From Terriglobales bacterium (GTDB taxonomy: Bacteria; Acidobacteriota; Terriglobia; Terriglobales; SCQP01), in assembly GCA_050747905.1 (NCBI GenBank), contig JBOGKQ010000003.1, forward strand, positions 60,801 to 124,800: a DNA stretch of 64,000 nt. Direction: 5' to 3'. The notes under the pieces were generated by a model that saw nothing but the letters and a program-made list of their open reading frames with translations, ran no database searches and was not told where the DNA came from. Position 1 is the first letter of the stretch. The number at the start of each line of letters is the position of its first letter. Positions 29,583-39,370 of the stretch are shown here, in pieces. Made by a program: the position numbers and the translations under genes.

Positions 29583-31448
29583 TTGAAACTGAAGACCAAA
29601 CTCACGCTCAGCATCGCGTCGCTGGTGCTGCTGGTGGTGCTGGCGGTGACGCTGGTGTACCTGGCGGGCAACATGCGGCAGCAGTTGCAGCAGGTGGATA
29701 CCCACGCCAATTTTCTGGCGCACGCGATCTACAACCAGATGAGCCAGGAATGGTCGCAGGCGGGGGGCGGGAACGGAGGCAGCGGCAGCGGTCAAGCAGC
29801 CCTCGATGCGTTCTTGCGAGGCTTGCCGGACAGTTCTGCGCTGGAGAACTTGTTCAGCTCTGCCATTGGCTACAACGGCAGCATCCGCGATGTGGCCCTG
29901 GTAGCGCCGAGCGGGGTTGTGATTCTGGATTCCAATCCCCTGCTGGAGGGGCACCCGCAGCCGCAGCGGCCGGCGATGGCCAACATAGCGGGCGACGCCG
30001 CGGGCTTGTGGCGGCAAGTACTTGCGGTGCTGGGTCCGGAGGCCATTTACAGCGTCAACCTGGGCGTGCAGGCCGGTGGCGAACCGCTGGGCACCATCGC
30101 CGTGGGCGTGGACACGGTCCTGTTGCGGCAGCAAATGCTGGGGCGGATGCGCAGCCTGCTGTTCTATGGAGTCCTGATCGTGCTATTAGCCACGATCCTG
30201 GCGTGGAGCCTGGCGGAGCTGGCACTGGCGCCGCTGGCCGCCATCAGCGCCCAATTGGACCGGCTCGTGGCAGTACCGGAGCCGGGAGGTCAGGGCGGCG
30301 ATGAGCTTGGGCGGGTGCAGTCCAAAATCGAGCGCCTAGGGCAGGAAATTCAAGACACTCGGCAGATTTACACTACCCTGCAGGAAAACGTTGGTCATGT
30401 GCTCAGCGGGCTGGATTTGGGACTGATGCTGTTCGATGCCCGAGGACAAAGTGCGATGGCGAGCGCCGCCATGCCCGAGCTGCTGGGAATACCGGCGGGC
30501 GAGCTCGTGGGCCGGCCGGTGGAGGAGTTATTTCCCGGCGGCAGCGGACTGGATGCGGTGGTGCGCCAGGCGGTGCGGCAGAACCAATCCCTTCAGGCGC
30601 ACGAAAGCGAGCGCCACGCGGGCGGGCGGCGCTTGCTGGCACGCCTGGATCTGATCCGCGACCGCGGGGGAGAGGCGGGGGCGCTGCTCACGCTGCGCGA
30701 CGCCGAGCCGCTGCAGCGGCTGGAGGGAGAGCTGGAAGTGGCAAGGCGACTATCGGCGGTGGGGCGGCTCACGCGCGGCGTGGCGCACGAAGTGAAAAAC
30801 CCGCTCAACGCCATGGCGATTCATCTCGATCTGCTGCGCACCAAGGCGACCTCCGGCGGGGACGGACTGGGGCCGCACATCGAGGTCTTGGGGCGCGAAA
30901 TCGAGCGCCTCGACCGGGTAGTGCGGACCTTTCTGGACTTCACCCGGCCGGTGGAGCTGCGCTTGGCACCGGCCGACCTGAGCGAGGTGGCTGCAGGGGT
31001 TGAGCAACTGGTGCAGGCGGAAGCCGAGGCCAAGGGGGTGAGGATCGAGCTCGATGCACACCGGCCGGGGCCGCGGGTCTGGCTGGACCGGGACCTGATC
31101 GAGCAGGCGTTGTTAAACCTGGTGAACAATGGACTGCAGGCGATGGAGCAGAGCGAGGCGGGCCGGCGGCGCCTGCGCCTCGAGGTGCGGGAGCGGCCGC
31201 AGCAGGGCCTGATTCGGGTGCGCGATTTTGGACCCGGGGTAGCCGCCGAGCACCGGGACAAGATCTTTGACTTGTACTTCACCACCCGCGGCGAAGGCAG
31301 CGGGATCGGTCTGGCGCTGGCTGCCCGTATCATGCAACTGCATCAGGGCTCCATTGAACTCGAGGCCGAGGCCGGCGATGGGCCGGGAGCGAGTTTTGTC
31401 CTCCACTTTCCGGTGCGGGCGGAGGAGGCGGCACGTGGGGAGCATTGA
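29583..31448 (+). CDS. Sensor histidine kinase (2 TM, HAMP/PAS-like, HisKA, HATPase)
   Basis: AHEVKNPL, NLVNNG, DFGPG, GSGIGL. Confidence 0.9.
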   Translation: MKLKTKLTLSIASLVLLVVLAVTLVYLAGNMRQQLQQVDTHANFLAHAIYNQMSQEWSQAGGGNGGSGSGQAALDAFLRGLPDSSALENLFSSAIGYNGSIRDVALVAPSGVVILDSNPLLEGHPQPQRPAMANIAGDAAGLWRQVLAVLGPEAIYSVNLGVQAGGEPLGTIAVGVDTVLLRQQMLGRMRSLLFYGVLIVLLATILAWSLAELALAPLAAISAQLDRLVAVPEPGGQGGDELGRVQSKIERLGQEIQDTRQIYTTLQENVGHVLSGLDLGLMLFDARGQSAMASAAMPELLGIPAGELVGRPVEELFPGGSGLDAVVRQAVRQNQSLQAHESERHAGGRRLLARLDLIRDRGGEAGALLTLRDAEPLQRLEGELEVARRLSAVGRLTRGVAHEVKNPLNAMAIHLDLLRTKATSGGDGLGPHIEVLGREIERLDRVVRTFLDFTRPVELRLAPADLSEVAAGVEQLVQAEAEAKGVRIELDAHRPGPRVWLDRDLIEQALLNLVNNGLQAMEQSEAGRRRLRLEVRERPQQGLIRVRDFGPGVAAEHRDKIFDLYFTTRGEGSGIGLALAARIMQLHQGSIELEAEAGDGPGASFVLHFPVRAEEAARGEH

Positions 31449-31995
31449 GCGCGCCCTTGGCGTGGGAGCGCTGGCGCTGGGCACGCTGGCGGCGGGTGGC
31501 TGCACGCTGTTGCATCGCAACCCGCCCCTGCCCCCAGTGGTGATTGTGCAGCCACCGCTGATTTTTCCGGCGCCGCCGCCCGCGCCCATGATGGAGCCGG
31601 CGGAGCTCACGCCCGTGGATGGCCCGGCGCCGGTTTGGGAGCCGGTGGTGGTTGCGCCGCCGCCGGTGGAGCGCCCTCGGCGCGCGCCCGAGCCGGCGCG
31701 TGCGGAACATCCCACCCCGCCTCCCGACATGCCTCCGCCCCCGCTGAACGCGGGGTTGAGCCCGCGGGAGCAATTCACCTATCGCGGGCAGACGCTGGCC
31801 GCGCTGCAGCGTGTCCAGCGGGACCTCACACTGCTGTCGCGGCGCTCGCTCGCGCCCGCGGCCGCCGCCACTCGTGCGCAGGCGGGCGAATACGTGCGCC
31901 AGGCCCAGTCGGCGCTGGCGCAGGGCGACCTAGTGCGGGCGCAGACGCTGGCCAACAAGGCGGAAACGCTCGCACGTTTTCTGTTGGGGCAATGA
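31435..31995 (+). CDS. Proline-rich putative lipoprotein
   Basis: LAAGGC lipobox-like, polyPro linker, helical C-terminus; overlaps kinase stop. Confidence 0.65.
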   Translation: MGSIERALGVGALALGTLAAGGCTLLHRNPPLPPVVIVQPPLIFPAPPPAPMMEPAELTPVDGPAPVWEPVVVAPPPVERPRRAPEPARAEHPTPPPDMPPPPLNAGLSPREQFTYRGQTLAALQRVQRDLTLLSRRSLAPAAAATRAQAGEYVRQAQSALAQGDLVRAQTLANKAETLARFLLGQ

Positions 31996-32675
31996 AGACA
32001 GGCTCCGACAACCTCGACCGTTTGCGGCGCGACATCGAGGCCTGCGCGCTCTGTCCGCGGCTGCGCCGCTATGCTGCCGAAGTCTGTCAGGTGAAGCGCA
32101 AGGCGTTCGCGAACGACACCTATTGGGGCAAGCCGGTGGCCGGATTTGGCGATCCCAAGGCGCGGCTGCTGCTGGTCGGACTGGCACCGGCTGCGCATGG
32201 CGCGTTGCGCACGGGACGCATGTTCACCGGCGATCGCAGCGGGGATTTTCTGTTTGCCGCCCTCCACCGCGCCGGTTTCTGCAACCAGCCCACCAGCACG
32301 CATAGCGCCGACGGTCTGCGGCTGCGCGATTGCTGGCTGAGCGCCGCGGCGCGCTGCGCGCCTCCCGCGAACCGTCCCACGCCCGCTGAGCTTGGCCGCT
32401 GCTGTAACTACCTCGAGCGAGAGTTGGCGCTGCTGCGGCACGTACGCGTGATGGTCACCCTGGGCGCGCTAGGACACGACCAATTGCTGCGCACTTTGGG
32501 CGCGCCCCGGCCCTTTACGGCTTTTCGCTTTGCCCATGGCGCGGAATACAGGCTGGACCGCCGCACTCTGCTGTGCTGCTACCACCCCAGCCAGCAGAAC
32601 ACGTTTACCGGCCGCCTCACGCCAGCGATGCTCGATGCGGTGCTGGCGCGGGCATGCGCCCGGTTGGCTGAGTAG
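31992..32675 (+). CDS. Uracil-DNA glycosylase family 5 (UdgB-like)
   Basis: C-x2-[29 protein letters not shown]. Confidence 0.9.
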   Translation: MKTGSDNLDRLRRDIEACALCPRLRRYAAEVCQVKRKAFANDTYWGKPVAGFGDPKARLLLVGLAPAAHGALRTGRMFTGDRSGDFLFAALHRAGFCNQPTSTHSADGLRLRDCWLSAAARCAPPANRPTPAELGRCCNYLERELALLRHVRVMVTLGALGHDQLLRTLGAPRPFTAFRFAHGAEYRLDRRTLLCCYHPSQQNTFTGRLTPAMLDAVLARACARLAE

Positions 32676-32684
32676 GCCGTCCGA

Positions 32685-33137
32685 TCAGCCGGCGCGCTTC
32701 CCTGCGGCCGGAGGCACCAGCTTGGCCGTCAGCGTCACCGCAGTTGCCCGCAGCGCCTTGGACACGGGACAGTTCTCCTTGGCTGCTGCCGCGAGCTGCT
32801 GAAACCGCACTTCGTCAATACCGGCGATGTCCGCCTCAGTTGTCAAATCAATACCGGAGATCGAGAATCCGCCCGCGTCTTTGCCAAAATGTACCGCGGC
32901 GCGGGTACGGATGTACTTGGGCGTGAACCCCGCCTGGCCCACCGCCGCCGCCAGCGCCATGGAGAAGCAGCCGGCGTGCGCCGCACCCAGCAGTTCCTCG
33001 GGGTTGGTCCCCGGACCCTCCTCCATCCGCGAGCGAAACGAAAAAGGACCGTCGTAAGCGTCAAATTGCATGTTCCCGCGGCCTTGGGCGAGATCGCCCT
33101 GCCAAACCGCCTCCGCATTTCGAACTGGCATGAACAC
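32685..33137 (-). CDS. osmC: OsmC family peroxiredoxin
   Basis: TNPEELLGAAHAGCFSMAL, AKENCPVSKAL. Confidence 0.92.
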   Translation of the reverse strand: MFMPVRNAEAVWQGDLAQGRGNMQFDAYDGPFSFRSRMEEGPGTNPEELLGAAHAGCFSMALAAAVGQAGFTPKYIRTRAAVHFGKDAGGFSISGIDLTTEADIAGIDEVRFQQLAAAAKENCPVSKALRATAVTLTAKLVPPAAGKRAG

Positions 33138-33181
33138 CTCCTGCAGTCAGACTAGAACAAAACGCGAGCGCACGCCGCATT

Positions 33182-33300
33182 CTAGAGCAGCATTAAAGAT
33201 GCTGTAGCCCGATCCTGCAAGTGCGGAACCAGCCGTGAGCGTCGGCAGGGGTGAGGGCGGGCAGATGCTGTGCGACAGCGGTTTCCAGGGCATCTTGGGA
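33182..33300 (-). mobile_element. 3' remnant and right end of an IS630-family element, cut by repeat copy E
   Basis: DALETAVAQHLPALTPADAHGWFRTCRIGLQHL* resembles IS630 transposase C-termini; ends GCTGCTCTAG (TA-type end). Confidence 0.55.
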
Positions 33301-33540
33301 AATGTTGGCGCGGGCCCCAGCGCGGCTACGCCGCGCGCCCCGCTTATGCTCGCGTCGGGTTGGGGGCCCCTGGCCCCAACCTGACGCTGCGCCTCGCTCC
33401 CACCCCAAGGCGCAGGCGCCTTGGGGGCCCCGGGGCTGGGGCCGCGCCTGCATGTTTCCCCGGGGGCGGGCCGCCGTTCCGAATTTCGCAGCCCTTCGCG
33501 TCGATTTTGCCCACGGTGCAAAGCGGCGCGACCCCCGCGA
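33301..33540 (-). repeat. Modular palindromic element, copy E (simplest full-length form)
   Basis: 240 nt, near-identical to A minus its extra modules. Confidence 0.92.
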
Positions 33541-33675
33541 TCGGAATCTCGCGCCGACACTGGTTGAAGTGGTTGACGGTGTGGGCGGGGCCGGTGGGGC
33601 TTCTCCCGATCTCAAAACCCCATACGGAGCGGGCGACAGAGACGGTGCACCATTTATGAGACAGGTAGACTGGTT

Positions 33676-33936
33676 CTAGCGGCCGAAGTAGGTGGCGTTG
33701 ATGGCGGCGTAATCCTTCCACTTTTCCGGCAGGTCGTCGAGAGCAAAAATCGCCGTGACCGGACACACGGGAATACAGGCGCCGCAGTCAATGCACTCGA
33801 CTGGATCAATGAAAAGCTGCTTCGCTGCGGCGAAATCGCCCTCGTCGTTTTTAGGGTGAATACAGTCAACCGGGCAAGCGTCCACGCAGGCAGCATCCTT
33901 GGTTCCAATGCACGGTTCGGCAATCACGTAGGCCAT
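33676..33936 (-). CDS. fdxA: 7Fe-type ferredoxin
   Basis: AEPCIGTKDAACVDACPVDCI..ECIDCGACIPVCP. Confidence 0.9.
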   Translation of the reverse strand: MAYVIAEPCIGTKDAACVDACPVDCIHPKNDEGDFAAAKQLFIDPVECIDCGACIPVCPVTAIFALDDLPEKWKDYAAINATYFGR

Positions 33937-34015
33937 GGGAAGGTAGTATAGCGGACCTACGAGACATCGGGTGTGCAAACGTTTGCACACGCCTTCGGGC
34001 AACTTGCTTCCCGTG

Positions 34016-34936
34016 TCATCGCTTGATGCTTTGGAGCCGGCGCGGGAGGCTGGCGGGGGCGTGGCGGGCGCCGTCGCTCACGAAGCGGTAACTGGGGTGG
34101 CGGGCGAAATAGGCCATCCATTTGTTGAATTCGGGTGAAAAGACCTGGATGCGGGGCAGGTGGGTGGCGGGCAGGCCGGCCACCAGCGGCGAGGGCGCGG
34201 GGCCGGCGCCGACCAGCACCACGGCGGAGTAGCTCCATTTCACCGTGACCGGCACGGCGCGGGGGGCGGGATCGCCGCTCCAGGAAGAAGCGACCACCAA
34301 CTGATCGTTTCGGGGCGCGACGCCGTACGGTAGCGCCAGTGAGGTTACGACATAGCCAGGCAGCCAGCGGTCAATCTTGTACTGCGCCAAGCCCACCTCG
34401 CGCGCGATCGCAGCCGGTGCGATGTGCGCCAGGTTGGGGTGGTCCCAAGTGTGATTGCCGATCTCCGAGCCCAGCTCCACGAGCATCCGGAGTTTTTTCT
34501 GGATGAATGCGCGCTGCCCGAACACGTCCGTGCCCGGATTGATGAAAAACGTTCCATGGACGGGAAATTCGGGATGGGTTTTGGCAAACTCGGTCCAGTG
34601 GGTGACGGCGCTGTCGGGCGCGAGCTGACCGTCGGGGGTAAGGCGCATCTGAAATTTGGAGCTGTCGTCGAAGGTGAGCACGACCGGGGAGGTGCCTGCG
34701 GGCAGGTCGAAGTTGCCGGTGATGTACTGGCGCAGGGTGATGGGGCGATAGTCGGCGGCATCGAGACGCGCCAGGTCTTGGTCGAAGCTTGAGAAGGCGC
34801 GCGTCCAGCGCGCGTCCAGCGCGCCGAAATTGTGATAAACGAGGATCATTACCTGGCCGCGCAGGTTGGGCCGCAGGCGCGGCGGGGCGGCGGCGGCGGC
34901 GAGCGACAGCAAGAGGGCGAGGAGGGTGGTGCGCAT
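34016..34936 (-). CDS. Secreted polysaccharide deacetylase
   Basis: Signal peptide, LTFDDS, IGNHTWDHPNL, ALPYG. Confidence 0.85.
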   Translation of the reverse strand: MRTTLLALLLSLAAAAAPPRLRPNLRGQVMILVYHNFGALDARWTRAFSSFDQDLARLDAADYRPITLRQYITGNFDLPAGTSPVVLTFDDSSKFQMRLTPDGQLAPDSAVTHWTEFAKTHPEFPVHGTFFINPGTDVFGQRAFIQKKLRMLVELGSEIGNHTWDHPNLAHIAPAAIAREVGLAQYKIDRWLPGYVVTSLALPYGVAPRNDQLVVASSWSGDPAPRAVPVTVKWSYSAVVLVGAGPAPSPLVAGLPATHLPRIQVFSPEFNKWMAYFARHPSYRFVSDGARHAPASLPRRLQSIKR

Positions 34937-34989
34937 TGAACGAGGCAAACCTCTGCTCTGAATATACGGCATGCTAAGCTCTGTTTCGT

Positions 34990-35766
34990 ATGGCAGACGA
35001 GATGCGGGGCAAATCCGTACTGGTGATGGGCATTGCCAACCGCTGGAGTCTGGCGTATGCCATCGCCCAAGCACTGGCGCAGGTGGAGGTACGGCTGCTG
35101 CTGACCTACCAGGCAGAGCGGGCGAGGAAGGCAGTCGAGGATTTGGGCCAGGCACTCGGCGCGGCCCATATCTATCCCTGCGACGTCGGCCAGGACGGCT
35201 CGATCGCAGAGCTGTTCGCGGCGATTGGCCGTGACCTGTCGGGCGCGCCGCTGGATGGCGTGGTGCATAGCATTGCCTTTGCCCAAAAGGAGGATCTGGA
35301 CCGGCCGTTTCACGCCACCAGCCGTGCTGGCTTTACCCAAGCGCTCGATATCAGCGCTTTTTCACTGGCGGCGGTGGCGCATCAGGCGGCGCCGCTGATG
35401 ACCGCCGGTGGGGGCATCGTTACGTTGAGCTACCTGGGCGCGCAACGGGTGGTGACGAACTACAACGTTATGGGGGTGGCCAAGGCGGCGCTGGAGGCGG
35501 CAGTGCGGTATCTGGCCAGTGAACTGGGGCCGCAGCACATCCGCGTGAACGCAATTTCGGCGGGGCCGGTAAAGACGGTCTCGGCGCGGGCCATCAAGGA
35601 TTTCAATTCGATGCTCGACCACGTGGCTCAGCGCGCGCCCCTGCGGCGCGTCACCGATCCGGCCGAAGTTGCCTCGACGGCGATGTTTCTGCTCTCCCCG
35701 GGAGGGCGCGGCATCACCGGCGACACGTTGTTCGTGGACAGCGGCTACCATATTCTGGGGTTTTAG
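34990..35766 (+). CDS. fabI: Enoyl-ACP reductase
   Basis: GIANRWSLA, HSIAFA, YNVMGVAKAALE. Confidence 0.93.
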   Translation: MADEMRGKSVLVMGIANRWSLAYAIAQALAQVEVRLLLTYQAERARKAVEDLGQALGAAHIYPCDVGQDGSIAELFAAIGRDLSGAPLDGVVHSIAFAQKEDLDRPFHATSRAGFTQALDISAFSLAAVAHQAAPLMTAGGGIVTLSYLGAQRVVTNYNVMGVAKAALEAAVRYLASELGPQHIRVNAISAGPVKTVSARAIKDFNSMLDHVAQRAPLRRVTDPAEVASTAMFLLSPGGRGITGDTLFVDSGYHILGF

Positions 35767-35767
35767 T

Positions 35768-37099
35768 GTGAGCCGCGTGGCAGTAATCGGCGGTGGACTG
35801 GCGGGGCCAGAGGCGGCCTGGCAGCTCGCCCAGCGAGGCCTCGAGGTCGAGTTGTGGGAAATGCGGCCGCGGGTGTCCACGCCGGCGCACCAGACGGGGG
35901 CGCTGGGCGAGTTGGTGTGCTCGAACTCGCTCAAGTCGGAGGCGAAAAACTCAGCTCCGTGGCTGCTCAAAGAAGAACTGCGGCGGGGCGGATCGCTACT
36001 GCTGGATTGCGCTCGCGCCAGCGCCGTGCCCGGCGGACAGGCATTGACCGTGGACCGGGCGCGTTTTTCGGCGGAGATCGAGGCCGCGCTGACACGACAC
36101 CCGTGCGTGCAGCTGCGGCGCGAGGAGGCCACCGCTCTGCCCGTGCCAGGGGCGGCCGCGACCATCCTGGCCAGCGGTCCGCTTACTTCGGCCCCGCTTA
36201 TGCAGACCTTGGCGGCGGTGACCGGGCGCCAACACTTGTACTTTTACGACGCCATCAGCCCGATCGTTGAGTCCGACAGCCTGAACTACGGCCGAATGTA
36301 CGCCGGCTCGCGTTGGGGCCACGGCGGCGCGCAGGACTTTTGGAACTGCCCGCTCGATCGGGTGGAATACGAGCGTTTTTATGCAGCGTTGCAGGCTGCC
36401 GACAGTTACCCGTGGCACGGGTTCGAGGAGCCACGCTATTTTGAGGCGTGCCTGCCGCTGGAGGAGCTGGCGCGGCGCGGGCCCGACACGCTGCGCTTCG
36501 GCCCAATGAAACCGGTTGGGCTACCGGACCCCCACACCGGGCGGACGCCACACGCGGTAGTGCAGTTGCGGCGCGAGAACCTGCGTGCCGACAGCTTCAA
36601 CTTGGTAGGCTTTCAAAACCATCTGCGTTTTGGCGCGCAGGCGGAAGTCTTGCGGCTCATCCCTGGCTTGGAGTCGGCACGGTTTTTGCGCTTCGGACAG
36701 GTGCACCGAAACAGCTATGTGGCCGGGCCCGCGGTGCTCGACCAGCGCCTGCGGCTGCGCCGGAACACGCAAATTTGGGTGGCGGGACAGTTGTGCGGCA
36801 CCGAAGGCTACATCGAGGCCATCGCCACCGGGTGGCTGGCAGGCCGATTCGCCGCCGCGGCGCTGGCCGGCCAGGAACTCGAACCGCCGCCCCGGGAAAC
36901 GGCGCTGGGGGCGTTAGTGCATTACATAGCGCACTCCGCCGCTGAAGGTTACACGCCCGCCAACATCACCTTTGATCTGCTGCCGCCGCTGGCACAACAG
37001 GAGCGGGACCGGATGGACCGGCGCGCGCGCCAGTGCGCGCGCGCGCTGGCGGCGATGGAGGAATGGCTGGCGCAATCCCCGGAAGTGGTGCCCGCATGA
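35768..37099 (+). CDS. trmFO: tRNA (uracil-5-)-methyltransferase, folate/FAD-dependent
   Basis: GGGLAG.EAAWQ, ELVCSNS, FYDAISPI, GPMKPVGL. Confidence 0.93.
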   Translation: MSRVAVIGGGLAGPEAAWQLAQRGLEVELWEMRPRVSTPAHQTGALGELVCSNSLKSEAKNSAPWLLKEELRRGGSLLLDCARASAVPGGQALTVDRARFSAEIEAALTRHPCVQLRREEATALPVPGAAATILASGPLTSAPLMQTLAAVTGRQHLYFYDAISPIVESDSLNYGRMYAGSRWGHGGAQDFWNCPLDRVEYERFYAALQAADSYPWHGFEEPRYFEACLPLEELARRGPDTLRFGPMKPVGLPDPHTGRTPHAVVQLRRENLRADSFNLVGFQNHLRFGAQAEVLRLIPGLESARFLRFGQVHRNSYVAGPAVLDQRLRLRRNTQIWVAGQLCGTEGYIEAIATGWLAGRFAAAALAGQELEPPPRETALGALVHYIAHSAAEGYTPANITFDLLPPLAQQERDRMDRRARQCARALAAMEEWLAQSPEVVPA

Positions 37100-38097
37100 C
37101 GTTGCAGGCTGCGATTCAGGATTTTATCGAGCGCTATCAGGAGGGCGAGCGCAACGCCAGTCCCCACACGTTGCGCAATTACGCCACCGACTGCCGCCAA
37201 TTTGCCAGCTTTGCGGGCGCGACGGCGGAGCTGGGAACCATCCAGCGGACGCACATCCGCACCTTTCTCGCCGCCGGACATGAGCGTGGCGCGAGTCGGG
37301 CGACACAGGCCCGCCACCTCGCCAGCCTGCGCTCGCTGTTCCGCTACTGCGCCCGCCAGGGCTGGATCCGCGACAATCCCGCGCGGTTGCTGAGCGCGCC
37401 GCGGCAAGCCAACCGCTTGCCTGACGTTCCGACCACGGAACAGGTGAACCGCTGGCTGGACCGCGAAGCGGCGCCGGCAGAAGCGGCGCCGTTCCCCGAG
37501 CGCGAGCGCGCCTTGCTGGAGTTGCTCTATGGCTGCGGCCTGCGGGTGAGCGAGGCGGTGGGCCTAGGTCTGCGCGACGTGGATTCGATCCGGGGGCGGC
37601 TGCGGGTACTGGGCAAGGGCCGCAAGCAGCGCCTGGTACCGTTTGGCCGCAAAGCGCAGGCGGCGCTTGAACGCTACCTAATGGCGCGCGCAGCGCTGCC
37701 ACCGCGGCCGGCGGACAATCCGGCACTGTTTTTGAACCGCCGCGGAACGCGGCTGACCACGCGCTCGGTGGCGCGCATTGTCAAGGCGAGCGCGCGGGCT
37801 TTCGGGCTGCCGTCCGATCTGCATCCCCACACCCTGCGTCACGCCTTCGCCTCGCATCTGCTGAGCGAGGGTGCCGATTTGCGCGCCATCCAGGAAATGC
37901 TCGGCCACCGCTCTCTGGCGACCACGCAGCGCTACACGCGCACCGATATGCGGCAGCTTGCCGAGGTATACGACCGGACGCATCCGTTCGAGGCGGGGGC
38001 GCCCGGCTCCGCACTGATCCGCCGCCCGCTTCTCCCGGCCCGGCGCGGTTCCGAGGCTCAGGCCGGGCGCGCGGACTCGGATAAACTTAAACAATGA
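37096..38097 (+). CDS. xerC: Tyrosine recombinase XerC
   Basis: R..G.R, HPHTLRHAFASHLL, LGH..TTQRY; trmFO-xerC context. Confidence 0.85.
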   Translation: MTLQAAIQDFIERYQEGERNASPHTLRNYATDCRQFASFAGATAELGTIQRTHIRTFLAAGHERGASRATQARHLASLRSLFRYCARQGWIRDNPARLLSAPRQANRLPDVPTTEQVNRWLDREAAPAEAAPFPERERALLELLYGCGLRVSEAVGLGLRDVDSIRGRLRVLGKGRKQRLVPFGRKAQAALERYLMARAALPPRPADNPALFLNRRGTRLTTRSVARIVKASARAFGLPSDLHPHTLRHAFASHLLSEGADLRAIQEMLGHRSLATTQRYTRTDMRQLAEVYDRTHPFEAGAPGSALIRRPLLPARRGSEAQAGRADSDKLKQ

Positions 38098-38285
38098 GTG
38101 GCTCGATACTTTCCGTCCAGTGTCCCGAGTGCCAGCGGGTGTACACCATCTATCCGGGACCGGACGATTACATGCGATGCCTGATTACGCGCAAGTACGA
38201 AATGGAGTGCGACTACTGCGAGAAGGATCTGGTATTTCAAGTCGTCGGCGGAGCCAAGGCTCCGTTCACTACCGGCGGCACCTAG
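38094..38285 (+). CDS. 63-aa Zn-ribbon-like protein
   Basis: CPEC and CDYC pairs; ATGA overlap with xerC. Confidence 0.6.
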   Translation: MSGSILSVQCPECQRVYTIYPGPDDYMRCLITRKYEMECDYCEKDLVFQVVGGAKAPFTTGGT

Positions 38286-38377
38286 AACAGTTCCAGACTT
38301 GGTGTAACCCGCTCTGGGCGACCGTGGTACGGCTTTGGGGGGAGAAAAGCCGCATGCGCTTTTGTCCGCAGGGCCAC

Positions 38378-38656
38378 TCGCGGGGGGCGCGCCGCTTTGC
38401 GCCGTGGGCAAAATCGGCGCGAAGGGCTGCGAAATTCGGAACGGGCGAGCGTCCCAGCGAGCGCCCCCGGGGAAATACGCAGGCGCGGCCCCCGCGAGGC
38501 GCCGCGTCGGGTTGGGGCCAGGGGCCCCCAACCCCGCCCTGCGCACTCACAGCAGGGCGGGCAACCCGACGCGAGCATAAGCGGGGCGCGCGGCGCAATT
38601 CACCCGGTGCAGTTCCAGCAGGGCGGCGCAGCCGCGCTGGGGCCCGCGCCAACATC
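38378..38656 (+). repeat. Modular palindromic element, copy F (279 nt, opposite strand)
   Basis: Reverse complement of A/E with an extra 25-nt insert between GCGGCGCA direct repeats. Confidence 0.92.
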
Positions 38657-38677
38657 GGTTGGTCTGGAACTGCTCTA

Positions 38678-39370
38678 ATGCCGAGGCTGGCAGGCACGCT
38701 GCTGGCGTTGGGCCTGCTGGCGGCGGCGCAGTCGCCGTGGAAGCCGATCCGCGGCATCGGCGCGCGCCTGTGGCACGGAACCCGAGCGCTGCCGCGGGCG
38801 GCGGTGCGCGACTGGCGGCTTACGGTTCCGCTCGTGGCGGCCACGGGCGCCCTGATCGCCTGGGGTGACGCGCCCCTGTCCGGGCGGATTCAGTCTCCGG
38901 CGCTGGAGCGCACCAGCAGGGTTTGGTCGGACCGGGGGCTGCTGGAAATCGAGCCCGCCTTCGCGCTATTGTCGGTGGCGCTGGAGGATCATTGCCTGAT
39001 TTGCCCCTCCACCAGCCGCTTTGCCCTTGCGGCGATGATCACCGAGGGCTACACCACGGCGGCGGTCCAGGCGGTGAAGTACGTTGCCGGCCGGGAACGT
39101 CCCTACACTTCGCACGACGGTGACGGTGGATTCAATGAAGGCGGGCGCTCGTTTCCCTCGGGCCACGCGGCGGGCGCGTTTGCCCTGGCGGAGCTGCTGT
39201 ACCTTCACGATCCCGGCGCCAGCTGGGCCAACCGCGTCACCTTCGCGCTGGCAGGTGGAGTCACGGCGGCGCGCTTCACCGCCAAGGAACACTTCCCTTC
39301 CGACCTTCTGGCGGGCGCGACCCTGGGACTGCTCCTCGGCCGCTGCGCCCAGGCCTGTCCTAAAAGCTGA
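38678..39370 (+). CDS. PAP2-family phosphatase (alternative in-frame start at 38354 upstream of copy F)
   Basis: GRERP, SFPSGHA, RFTAKEHFPSD. Confidence 0.85.
   Translation: MPRLAGTLLALGLLAAAQSPWKPIRGIGARLWHGTRALPRAAVRDWRLTVPLVAATGALIAWGDAPLSGRIQSPALERTSRVWSDRGLLEIEPAFALLSVALEDHCLICPSTSRFALAAMITEGYTTAAVQAVKYVAGRERPYTSHDGDGGFNEGGRSFPSGHAAGAFALAELLYLHDPGASWANRVTFALAGGVTAARFTAKEHFPSDLLAGATLGLLLGRCAQACPKS

Noticed and set aside
37096-38097. Tyrosine recombinase as a prophage/ICE integrase or as the mobiliser of the repeats
   Set aside because: XerC-like sequence in housekeeping fabI-trmFO-xerC context; no att sites or cargo
38290-38340. tRNA-like stretch after xerC (TGGTGTAAC)
   Set aside because: No T-loop GTTC or cloverleaf
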